From Eledone cirrhosa (taxonomy: Eukaryota), in the NCBI GenBank assembly GCA_964016885.1, contig OZ024742.1, forward strand, positions 558,001-622,000: a DNA stretch of 64,000 bases. Direction: 5' to 3'. The first letter of the stretch is position 1; every line of letters begins with the position of its first letter. The position numbers and the translations under genes are program-made. Below, one piece after another: positions 52,312 through 64,000 of this stretch. The notes beneath the pieces were generated by a model that saw nothing but the letters and a program-made list of their open reading frames with translations, searched no databases and was not told where the DNA came from.

Positions 52312-52537
52312 ACATATACTAATGAACATACATTAAACACAGAGGGACTGTAAATGATAATAGCAATATCTAGATATAAATATATAAATGTACATATCTC
52401 TATTGGTCTCATAAATTTTAAATTTTCTCTTTCCTCTTGTGTGTGTGTAGCAACACGTGGTTGTGTGTTGCTGCTGACTCTAGCAGAGCCCAAGAAAACA
52501 CGTCTTGCCCTAACAGCCGCTGCTCCCTAATATATAC

Positions 52538-52595
<58 letters not shown>

Positions 52596-52841
52596 ATACA
52601 TATACATATATACATATATATATACATATACATATATACATATATATATACATATACATATACATATATACATATACATATATATATACATATATATATA
52701 TATATACATATATATATACATATATACATATATATACATATATATACATATATATATATACATATACATATATACATATACATATACATATATACATATA
52801 TATACATATATATACATATATATATATACATATACATATAC

Positions 52842-52875
<34 letters not shown>

Positions 52876-52887
52876 ATATACATATAC

Positions 52888-52951
<64 letters not shown>

Positions 52952-52952
<1 letters not shown>

Positions 52953-55754
52953 GCTTAGATTAGTTGTAGGCAGGAGACTACTGACAATCATCTCGGTCTA
53001 TGCTCCCCAAGCAGGCCTAGGCAAAGATGAGAAAGACTGCTTTTATGAGCAACTCTTGCAAACAACCATATGACAGAGGACGGAGACATCGTTATGCTAG
53101 CAGGAGACTTCAATGGTCATGTTGGACAGCTCCAGGATGGTTACACTGGGGTACATGGTGGGCACGGTTATGGTTCAAGAAATGAAGAAGGAGTGAGACT
53201 TCTTGAATTTTGTGATGCAAGTACATTGACTATTTGCAACACAAACTTCCAGAAACCTGCCAATCACCTAATAACCTACAAATCTGGTGAGCACATAAGC
53301 CAGATTGACTTCCTGCTAGTTAGGCAGCAGGACAGGCAGATAGTGTCTAATACCAAGGCATACCCTGGGGAAGAATGTACCCCACAGCATAGGTTAGTTG
53401 TTAGTGATATCTCAGTAAGCAAGAGATGGAATGAGACATATAGGAAGGTGTGGAGAAGAAAGGTCTGGAAGCTAAAAGACCTTTCACTAAAATTCAAATT
53501 TAGGAAAGCCCTTCAAGATGTATATGACGAAAAAGAAGACGATTTAGAGACGTATGACATAGATAATAAGTGGAAGTTCTTACGTGACAACTTGCTGAAG
53601 GCTACTGATGAAACCTGTGGCTGGAGCAGAGCTCCAACCAGACAGAGAGTGACCTGGTGGTGGAACAGCAGTGTAGATAAGGCTATTAGAGACAAAAGAC
53701 TAGCATGGAAGGCTTGGAATAAGGGTGGGAGTAGGGAAGAATATACAGCCACTAAGAGAGAAGCTAGACGCCAGGTGTACTTAGCACGCAGGGAGGCAGA
53801 GAGTAGGAGGTTTGCCAATGTTCTGTGACGGGAAGATCAGAGGCGTGCGGTGTTCCACATTGCAAGGCAGTGTGTCAATGCAAATCAGGATGTTGTTGGT
53901 GATAAATGTGTCCGGGATGATGCCGGTGTACTTAGTGTCACGAATGACCAGAAAAAGGAGGCCTGGAAATGTCATTATGAGAGACTGATGAATGTGGAGA
54001 ACGAATGGGAGAGAGAAAAATTACCCTTGGTAGATCCGACAGAGGGACCAGCTATTGAGATTGACGAATATAGGGTCCAAGAGGCGATTAGGGAAATGAA
54101 GAATGGTAAGGCGGCCGGACCATCGGGAATAGTTGCTGAGATGCTGAAGGCATCAGGGGACGTAGGCACTAAACTGGTTGCACGCATAATCAATCAGGCT
54201 ATATATGGTGGTGTCAAACCCAAAGACTGGTGCAGCAGTATTCTCATAAATTGCTACAAAGGTAAAGGGGATGCTTTGGAGAGGAGCAATTATAGGGGTA
54301 TAAAACTGATAGATCAGGTTATGAAAGTGGCAGAAAGGATTTTAGCACAACTAATTAGAGAAAGGGTCAAACTAGATGAGATGCAGTTTGGTTTTGTGCC
54401 TGGGAAGAGTACAACAGATGCCCTCTTCTTGGTGATACAAATGCAAGAGAGGTTCTTAGAGAAGAATAAGCCACTATACTTAGCCTTTGTTGACCTAGAG
54501 AAGGCCTTTGATAGGGTACCCCGATCTGTCATCTGGTGGTCCCTAAGGAAGCTGGGTGTTGAGGAATGGCTTGTAAGGACAGTGCAAACTTTGTACAGAG
54601 GTACTCTCAGTAAAGTCAGGGTAGGAATGGAGTTTAGTGAGGAATTCCAGATACAAGTAGGAGTACATCAGGGTTCGGTCCTCAGCCCGCTCTTGTTCAT
54701 TATAGTCCTCCAAGCCATAACAGAGGAGTTTAAGACTGGCTGTCCATGGGAACTTCTCTATGCTGACGATCTGGCTCTTATGGCAGAATCAGTAGAGGAG
54801 CTAGAGAATAAATTCCGGCTATGGAAACAGCAGTTGGAAGCAAGAGGACTGAGAGTAAATCTAGCTAAGACAAAAGTGTTGATGAGTAGAAAAGAGGACA
54901 AAACCCTGATTCCGTCAGGGAAATGGCCATGTTCGATATGCAGAAAAGGAACTGGCATAAATTCTATAAAATGCACACAATGTAGGTCCTGGGTACACAA
55001 GAGATGTAGCGGGATAGCAGGCAAACTAACAGGTAGGGAGAAATATGTATGCAGTAGATGTACAGGGAAATTAGACAGTAGAAGTCGCACTGATAGACAC
55101 ATTTTTCAAATGCGAGAGGGCGCTATAGAAGTGGTGGATAGCTTCCGGTACCTAGGAGATCAGATTAGCATGGGAGGAGGGTGTTCCGAGGCCATAGTAT
55201 CTAGAATAAGGACGGGTTGGAAGAAGTTTAGGGAGCTGCTTCCTCTGTTGACGAAGAAGGGTTTCTCCCTGCGTACGAAAGGCCGGTTGTACGATGCCTG
55301 TGTGAGGAGCGCGATGCTGCATGGTAGTGAGACATGGGCAGCTACCGCAGAAGATATGCGACGGCTGGAGAGAAATGAGGCAAGCATGCTCCGTTGGATG
55401 TGCAGTGTAAATGTGCGTGAACGACCCAGCATAAATGTGTTGAGAGAGAAACTGTGTCAGAGGGATAGAATGTAGTGTACGGGAGAGGAGACTGAGGTGG
55501 TATGGACATGTGATGCGCATGGAGGATGACCGATGGGTGAAGAAGTGCCAGGAAATGCCAGTTGAAGGAAGACGTGGTAGAGGTAGACCACGAAAAACAT
55601 GGGCGGAGGTGGTGAGAACAGACCTCAGATCATTGAAGCTCACGGTGGAGATGACGAGGGACCGTGACGAGTGGAGAGATGCTGTGCTGAATAAGACCCG
55701 TCCCACCCTTGCAAGCAGGGAAAAGCGGACATAAAATGATGATGATGATGATGA
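52952..55754 (+). mobile_element. RTE family C, second copy, 5'-truncated, inverted relative to the first
   Basis: ORF pieces 53070-53828, 53850-55475 and 55510-55734 are nearly identical in protein to the first copy; TGA at 53826. Confidence 0.93.
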
Positions 55755-55807
55755 TATATATACATATATATACATATACATACATATATATATATATACA
55801 TATATAC

Positions 55808-55846
<39 letters not shown>

Positions 55847-55849
55847 CAT

Positions 55850-55880
<31 letters not shown>

Positions 55881-55881
55881 C

Positions 55882-55914
<33 letters not shown>

Positions 55915-55915
55915 C

Positions 55916-55949
<34 letters not shown>

Positions 55950-55951
55950 CC

Positions 55952-55992
<41 letters not shown>

Positions 55993-55996
55993 TATA

Positions 55997-56590
55997 TGGC
56001 GGCTGCCAACTCGTTTTCGAGTACGGCCACTACTTTATATCCATGTAGGAGAACGCCTACCGATGTGCTGAACAAGTGTGACTTTTTAGTCCAGCCAGCG
56101 ACTTGAAAACTCTGGTACAAACACGACACTTGTGACAATTATTGACACAGTGCTGGGCCCATGGTACCATGTGATGACAAGTGCAGAGGGATCTCCAGAT
56201 ACAAAGCAATGCCTGTGCCGTGAAGCTTTTATAGTGAGCAAAGGCACTGCACAAAGCCAGTCCCACTCTCTTAACCAAGATGATATTTACCGAAAAGAAG
56301 AACAAGTCAACATCATTGGATACCATCAGGGTTGCAGGTGTTATATCAGAGTTCTCCTTCTCCTAGAATTCTGCCTTGACAAAGGCTAAGGGGTCATCTC
56401 TCCCAGTGATTTTGGATGGCCATTGACTTAAGAGCTCCTTTGCCCTTTGACAGGTTTTGTTTTTAGTCCTGCAGGATGTCCAAAGTCACCCTCCTCACCA
56501 AGATACCTTGGTGGGGTTGCCAGTCCAGTCGCCAACGACCCGACCATGGGACAGGTTGTACTGGGATACATGTTACCAGTAACACCAACA
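55997..56590 (-). mobile_element. Bipartite RTE derivative J, copy 2 (plus a 3'-only fragment at 56651-56727)
   Basis: Colinear with 36545-37139; encodes [17 protein letters not shown]. Confidence 0.78.
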
Positions 56591-56750
56591 TACCTACCTA
56601 CCTACCTACCTACCTACCTACCTACCTACCTACATACACACACACACATATGGTGGCTGCCAACTCGTTTTCGAGTACGGCCACTACTTTATATCCATGT
56701 AGGAGAACCCCTACCGATGCGCTGAACATATATACATACATATTTATATA

Positions 56751-57835
56751 TACAGGAGAAGTACCTAGCTAAAAGTAAACCCCTATACTTAGCTTTTGTC
56801 GACTTGGAGAAAGCCTTTGACAGAGTCCCCCGTTCCATTATCTGGTGGGCTCTTAGAAAACTAGGTGTTGATGAATGGCTTGTGAGAGCTATACAAGCCA
56901 TGTATAAGGAAACAGTCAGCAAGGTTAGAATTAACAACGAATATAGTGAAGAGTTTAGCGTAAAAGTTGGTATTCATGAGGGTTCCGTTCTTAACCCCCT
57001 ACTATTTATTATTGTAGGAGTAGGCAGAAACTCCATTTTATGTCCCAAATGCAAAGTATGGGTGCATAAAAGATGTAGTGGAATCACAGGTAAGCTAACT
57101 AAGAATATAGATTTTATATGTGGCCGGTGCTCAGGGGCAATAAGTAGCAGCAAGTGCCCACAGAATACTAGCTCATTCCATTGCACAGATGGTTCTATAG
57201 AAATAGTGGACACCTTCCGTTACCTGGGTGACAAAATCAGTAGTGGTGGAGGGTGCTCTGAAAGTACAGTAGCTAGAGTCAGAACGGGATGGAAAAAGTT
57301 CAGAGAGCTTATACCACTATTGGCCGCTAAAGGGTTCTCTCTAAAAATGAAAGGCAGGCTGTATGATGCCTGCATACGAACAGCAATGTTACATGGCAGT
57401 GAGACCTGGGCATTGTGTGCAGAGGATATACGCAGACTGGAGAGAAACGAAGCTTGCATGCTCCGCTGGATGTGTAATAGTAATATACATGAACGGCAAA
57501 CCATAAACGAACTAAGGGAGAAATTAGGAATAAGAGGGATCAGATGTTGTTTACTCGAGAGAAGACTACGTTGGTATGGTCACGTGATGCGCATGAAACA
57601 CGACAGCTGTATAAAAATGTGCATGGCGATAAAAATAGACGGTAGCCACGGAGTAGGCAGACCCAGAAAAACCTGGGATGACTTGATAAATTCCAACTTC
57701 ACACACTTACACCTCTCCAAGACAATGTCACTGGAGCGAGATCTTTGGCGCTACACAGTAATACAGAAACCTGCAGTCAGTAGTCACCTCTAACAAAAAT
57801 ACACCCCGAGGCACCTCTAACAAAAATACATCCCC
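56751..57835 (+). mobile_element. RTE family A copy with a ~240-bp in-frame deletion removing YADD; 3'UTR cut off
   Basis: PLLFII|VGVGRNS junction at ~57013, compared with 13990-14240. Confidence 0.88.
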
Positions 57836-58035
57836 AAGGATTGGCAGCAGAATCGGTAGAGCGTCAGGCAACATGCTTAGCAGTATTTGTTCCAGTTCTT
57901 TACATTCTGATTTCAAATCCTGCTGAGGTTAGCTCTGCCTTTCATCCTTACGGGATCGATAAAATAAAGTACCAGTAACATACTGGGGTCGATTGACTTC
58001 CCCTCTCCACCAAATTGTGCCTTCATCAGAAACCA
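57836..58035 (+). mobile_element. SINE family S2-like
   Basis: gatttcaaatcc B-box; gcctttcatccttacgggatcgataaaataaagtaccag core. Confidence 0.75.
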
Positions 58036-60458
58036 ATATTTAGTCAATGATTTACAGTCAACTTTCTGTTGGGAAGTTGACTGTAAATACCTCAGCTGTT
58101 AACCACTTAGCTAAGGAATTGTGGATGATGACACCACCACACCACTACCACCATACCACCACACCACACCACAGCCACACCAGACCACCACCACTACCAC
58201 CACCACCACCACACCACCACTACCACACCACTACACCACCACCACACCAGACCACCACCACACCACACCACACCACTACACCACCACTATGTAATGGTAT
58301 TAAAGAAGTCAAGCATTTTAACCATTTCCCAGCCACTGACTCAAAGTTAAGTCAAGCTCAGTGATACGAATAATTTCAGAAAATCATATTTAATTAAATT
58401 TTTATAAAATCAACAAAACTTCAAAAGATTATATTTAATCATCTGTTTTAAACATGTGCAAATATCATTCTTGTTTCACAGTCATTGGAAGTTCCTCAAC
58501 ATTTCGAGTCAATTAATGGAGTGTAATCAACCGGGGAGAGAAGACAGAAATTTAGACAGAACAACAGTAATTCTAATGTTGAAACTTGTCTCTTTACAAC
58601 CACATAGTTCTGTGTTCAGTGGCACTACATGCTACCTCGAGTAAATGTCTTCTAATATAAGGGTTCATCAATGTGTTTTCAGTGAAATTTGGTAGATAGA
58701 AACTGCACAGAAGCCTATTAGGTATGTGTGTATGTGCATGTGTGTCAATGTGTATGTGTGTGTACATGTATGTGTGTATCTGTGTGTCTGTCGATTGTGT
58801 GTGTGACATTAAAAAATAAATACTCGAGTCTATATGGTCAACTAAATTCTCTTGACATGGCCAGAGTCCAGTTACTGAAACCAGTAAAAACAATAGCGTC
58901 TCTACATTTGGCAGAACCAACAAAGGACTCTTCAGACATGACAACCTCTCCTGCACACTCGGTGGAATGTGAGACCAGACGTAAGCTAGATGCTGGCCCC
59001 CTCAGCCTGTTTGGAAGGTCAATAACCACCACTTCAGTAATGACTTGGTCTATGTGGACCTGTCCAACCCTAGCTAGCAGCAGAATGGATGTTAAATGAT
59101 ATAAAGATGGCTTGGTGGTTATATTGTTGGTCTTACAGTTATCAAGTTGTGGGTTCCAAGACCAGGTAACATTTTATCCTCGATATATATCATCATTTAA
59201 CATCCACTTTTCCATACTAGAGTCGTCCCGTTGTGAGCCAAGCCAGATCAGATGACCGTGTGTTGCTCACACTGGCTTGGTTTTTGCAGATAGATACCCT
59301 TCTTAATGTTAACCACACTCACCTCGTCAGGTAACTAGTGTACTTAGGTACACATGTACCTTGGTTACCTGATTAGGTAAGTGATAGGTAATAGGATGAA
59401 GTGATAGTATGTCAGGAAAACAATGGCCTTCCATAGATTCACACACACACACAGTTGCATACAGTTGTGCCTACACACACACAGAGATAAAAACAACAGC
59501 CCTCCAGTTTCAGATCACAGAACAGTCGGGTCACTGAATACATAGACACACACACACAGGTATATACATACAGACATATATATATAGTCACACACACACA
59601 TACATACATATGTGTATATATATATACACACACACACAGGTATGCATAGCACACTGCAGAACTGACACTTACAGAGACAGAGAAAGAGAGAGAGAAAGAG
59701 AGAGGCAGAGAGTTAAGTGACCATCAGAAGGTTTATAGCTGCTGTTGTTACATGGCAGAGAAAGAATTTGTTGCATCAATGATTTGTTACTGTTTGTTGG
59801 CAACATTACAGAGAGGGGGGGGGGAGAGGGGGAGAGAGGGGAGAGGGGGAGAGGGGGAGAGAGGGGGAGAGAGGGAGAGGGGGAGAGGGGGAGAGAGGGG
59901 ACAGAGGGTCAGAGAGAGGGGGTGGTCAGAGAGAGGGGGCATAGAGGGGGGCATAGATGGGGGGGGGGGCATAGAGAGGGGAACAGTGAGTAAGAGACAG
60001 GGAGACAGAGACCATTAGATTGATGGAGAGAGGGGGAGAGACAGGAGGAGAGAAGAGGGGGAGAGACAGGAGGAGAGAAGAGGGGGAGAGACAGGAGGAG
60101 AGAAGAGGGGGAGAGACAGGAGGAGAGAGGAGGGGGAGATACAGGGGGAGAGAGAGCGTATGAGACCATTAGTTATTTAAAGAACAGCAAATAAAACAGG
60201 ATTGAATAACAGCATGAAAACAATCAATAGTATAGCTTATGTTGGTTGTTGGTGGTGGAAGAGGTTATAGTCGTAGTGGTGGTGGAAGAGGTTATAGTGG
60301 TGGTGCAAGAGGATATAGTCGTAGTGGTGGTGGTGGAAGAGGTTATAGTCGTAGTAGTGGTCATTGGTTCAACTATAAAACATAGCTACAGGCATCACAA
60401 GACTTGAGCCCCACAGTAAACATGGTTTAAACCTTGAACTGGCAACAACTCGTTCAAC

Positions 60459-61305
60459 TGTACAGTCCTTGGCTCAGGTGTACAGTCCTTGGCTCAGGTG
60501 TACAGTCATTGGCTCAGGTGTACAGTCATTGGCTCATGTGTACAGTCATTGGCTCATGTGTACAGTCATTGGCTCAGGTGTACAGTACTTGGCTCATGTG
60601 TACAGTACTTGGTTCATGTGTACAGTACTTGGTTCATGTGTACAGTACTTGGTTCATGTGTACAGTACTTGGTTCATGTGTACAGTCATTGGTTCATGTG
60701 TACAGTCATTGGTTCATGTGTACAGTCATTGGTTCATGTGTACAGTACTTGGTTCATGTGTACAGTCATTGGTTCATGTGTACAGTACTTGGTTCAGGTG
60801 TACAGTCATTGGTTCATGTGTACAGTCATTGGTTCATGTGTACAGTCATTGGTTCATGTGTACAGTACTTGGTTCATGTGTACAGTCATTGGTTCATGTG
60901 TACAGTCATTGGTTCAGGTGTACAGTCATTGGTTCATGTGTACAGTCATTGGTTCATGTGTACAGTCATTGGTTCATGTGTACAGTCATTGGTTCATGTG
61001 TACAGTCATTGGTTCATGTGTACAGTCATTGGTTCATGTGTACAGTCATTGGTTCATGTGTACAGTCATTGGCTCAGCTGTACAGTCATTGGTTCAGGTG
61101 TACAGTCATTGGTTCATGTGTACAGTCATTGGTTCATGTGTACAGTCATTGGTTCATGTGTACAGTCATTGGTTCATGTGTACAGTCATTGGCTCAAGTG
61201 TACAGTCATTGGCTCAAGTGTACTGTACTTGGTTCAGGTGTACAGTACTTGGTTCAGGTGTACAGTACTTGGTTCAAGTGTACAGTACTTGGTTCATGTG
61301 TACAG
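60459..61305. repeat. 20-bp minisatellite gtacagtcattggttcatgt (~42 units, no indels)
   Basis: Stays in register across 14 sequence lines. Confidence 0.97.
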
Positions 61306-62590
61306 ACCACAGTGATTCAACTGTTTAAACCCATCAGCTACAGACATCACAATACCTGGAGCCAACAGTATACATGGTTTAAATCAACACTAGCACATAC
61401 AAATTCTTACAATTAAGCATTGTATCATAAGGGTCAAGGCCACCACACATGTGTGTGTCTCTTAAATATAGTCTCATACAGAATATACATACATTTAATC
61501 CAAACCAACCATAAATCAAGACCATTTTATATATATATATAGGTATGAATGTATTAAGTGAGATCTAGTACAATAAACAGATTATCTCAAAGCCAAGCCT
61601 GCCACACACAACATACAAACAGTCAGCCAAGGCCAGAACACACAAAACAATATAATATAAAAGCACACACACACTGCAATAATTTTGTTTAAAGATTAAT
61701 AAATAACAGATTATATAAACAGTTTAACCGTTTGTTACAATCTTTCTAATGAGACTTCCTATGATTTCCAAATAATTAGGAATAATTTGCAGAGATTTAG
61801 TAATATAACTTTATCATTGATAAGTTGGAAGTAAGGATGAACTAAGGGAAAAAACTGAGTATTTGAGGAACCAAATGTAATGTACAGGAGACAGCGTTGT
61901 GTACATGGATGATGACTGCTGGGTGAGGAAGTACCATATTTATTTCAATCATAAAGCATTGATCAGCCAGGATCTATAGTAGAAAACACTAACGCAAGGT
62001 ACCATACAGTTGCAGTGAGACCAAAACCACATGGTTCTGAAGCAAACTTCTTAACCACACAACCATGCATGAACTTATATAACAGGAAACATCATCATCA
62101 TCATCAACACTATTGTATTTCTTCTTATTGACACACACACACGTAATATGTGATTATAGCAGAAGCTATAATCATCATCATTTAGCATCCATCTTCCACA
62201 CTTGCATGGGTTATATGGGTTGTCACGTTATGAGACAATACAGGAGACCTGTATTTTGGGTTGGTTTCAACAGCTGGATGCCTTTCCTAACACAAACCCC
62301 ATTACAGTATGTGTGTGTGTGTATCATCATCATCATTGTTTAATATCTATCTTCCACGCTAGCATGGGTTAGATGGGTTTGTCCCATTTAGAGGCAAGTT
62401 GGGTCGCTCATATAGGAAAGTTTCTGGCTGCTTTTCTGTGACTGGATGCCTTTTCCTATCGAACGACATTTACAGAGTGGGCTGGGTGCTTTTTGACGCA
62501 TCTTTTACACATTACACGACCACTTTACAGTGTGGGCTGGGCGTTTTGTGGTACTAACAAAATATATTAATATATATATATAATCATATA

Positions 62591-62625
<35 letters not shown>

Positions 62626-62635
62626 ATCATATATA

Positions 62636-62680
<45 letters not shown>

Positions 62681-62688
62681 CATATATA

Positions 62689-62727
<39 letters not shown>

Positions 62728-62911
62728 TAAATCTACCAAAAGTTTACGGTAGTGTCCAATCCGTATGAAGAACTCAATGTAATCCGGATATCATGAAAAG
62801 AGAAGATGCATTCAAAAACTACTTTCGGTGAAAAATAAACGGAAAACAGAGTCAAGATAAATTAATAAAATAATGAACAAACAGAGAAACAGTTCCTTAT
62901 ATTAAAAAAAA

Positions 62912-63055
62912 TTCATCATTTTACGATCGTTTCTAGGATATATATGTTTTAGAGTTGGTATGCATATTCTATAGATCTATGTACAATATTTATACAAACT
63001 ATCAGAGGGAATATACATACCTATACATATATATGCTGTCTTCAGAAATAATGAT
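62912..63055 (-). ncRNA. Type I hammerhead ribozyme motif with a long stem II loop
   Basis: Minus strand tcattattt-CTGAAGA-cagcatatatatg...catatatatccta-GAAA-C-gatc-G-TA-aaatgatga: 9-bp stem I, palindromic minimal stem III, GUA cleavage triplet. Confidence 0.6.
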
Positions 63056-63765
63056 ACTTGTTTATTGATAAGAACAAAGATTCAATACAATAGGTCTGTT
63101 TGGAAACAGGTTTTGAATTGACCAATCAGGAGATAGTGAGGGTCAAGATAGTGATATAGAATTAGAACCTTTCAAATTATGGGTAGAGGAAGGTAGATTT
63201 CAGTTTTGGATGGAAAAGAGTATTATGAATGAAGGATTATTTTAGGGAAGAAGTAGGTCATATGTTGACCTCAGAAATAATTTTATTTGTACATTGAATA
63301 AAACCAACAAAGAACCAATATATTCTGTCTGTTTGGTAAGAGGTTTAGAATTAACCAATAGAAAGTTAATAATTGGCCAAATGGTAAAATAGTAGTAATT
63401 GAAGCTTATTTTAGGGGTGAAAATAGGTCAGGTGGTCAGTAAAAGGTATACAAGCAGTTGCTGTTATAAAATAGTAATGCCAATACAAATATCTAAGGTG
63501 ACTAAAGTTTTACGATAAGAATGTTAGTGAAAAAAATACATCTATGAAAAGAATATAAATTAATTTAATTGATGGGTATATTTATATTGATAAAATTATA
63601 CTAATACATATAGATATGATAAATAAGAGTTAGATGCAGTTGAAAAGTGCTGTTAAAGATGAGGGGAAATTAAAAGAATATCTCGTTTGCGTGTGTGCGT
63701 GTGTTGTGTGTTGTTGCATCGCTTGTTAACTTAAACCAGCCATCTCATTTCGCTTCTCTCAGAGA

Positions 63766-63952
63766 CTGCCCGATACGCCATGCGAACTGTTGCCTACGCA
63801 CATACGTCGTGTATAAGATAGAATGTGACAGGTGCAACCAATACTACATAGGTGGCACAATTCGACCTTTGCACATCCGGATCAAGGAACACATTAAAAC
63901 CAGGGCCTCGTCTTTCCGGAAACACAGACAAATGCGGAAACAAAGACGATAG
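63766..63952 (+). pseudogene. Penelope-type GIY-YIG endonuclease fragment
   Basis: VVYKIECDRCNQYYIGGTIRPLHIRIKEH..ASSFRKH. Confidence 0.85.
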
Positions 63953-64000
63953 GCCCATTGTCACAATTCTAGCGACTGAAAGAAACGTTGGCACGTTACG

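Larger units (their letters stand above)
62725..64000. mobile_element. Penelope-like element: inverted pLTR-like segment with hammerhead (minus) next to a GIY-YIG fragment (plus); runs off the window
   Basis: Begins after (TA)n; hammerhead at 62912-63055; GIY-YIG at 63766-63952. Confidence 0.7.

Noticed and set aside
60434-61416. Three overlapping ~300-aa ORFs
   Set aside because: A 20-bp unit gives the same 20-aa peptide in all three frames.

Overview
This is eukaryotic, AT- and microsatellite-rich DNA made almost entirely of transposons. The SINE/RTE repertoire resembles octopod cephalopods (inference). No intact host gene is visible, only a few candidate minus-strand exons; the best is a GPI-signal-like terminal exon at 23191-23315. 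Main contents: (1) a full-length but decayed Tx1/L1-clade LINE (2313-7925, minus) inserted into a 72-bp satellite that starts inside a TTAA/CCC-ended MITE; (2) a 5'-truncated R4/Dong-like RLE retrotransposon in (TACA)n; (3) about 15 RTE-clade LINE copies from at least 5 families, mostly nested in (TA)n/(TACA)n tracts between 33.7 and 57.8 kb, with three families carrying a C4HC3 PHD-like finger inside the RT domain; (4) tRNA-derived SINEs, one sharing its tail with RTE family B; (5) bipartite non-autonomous RTE derivatives; (6) Penelope-like remnants with hammerhead motifs, a GIY-YIG fragment and fold-back termini; (7) minisatellites of 17, 20, 21, 26 and 56 bp. Most entries in the ORF track are repeat artefacts or antisense shadows of LINE ORFs. 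Family labels A-E, J, S1 and S2 are my own labels for this window. Boundaries were read by eye and are approximate.
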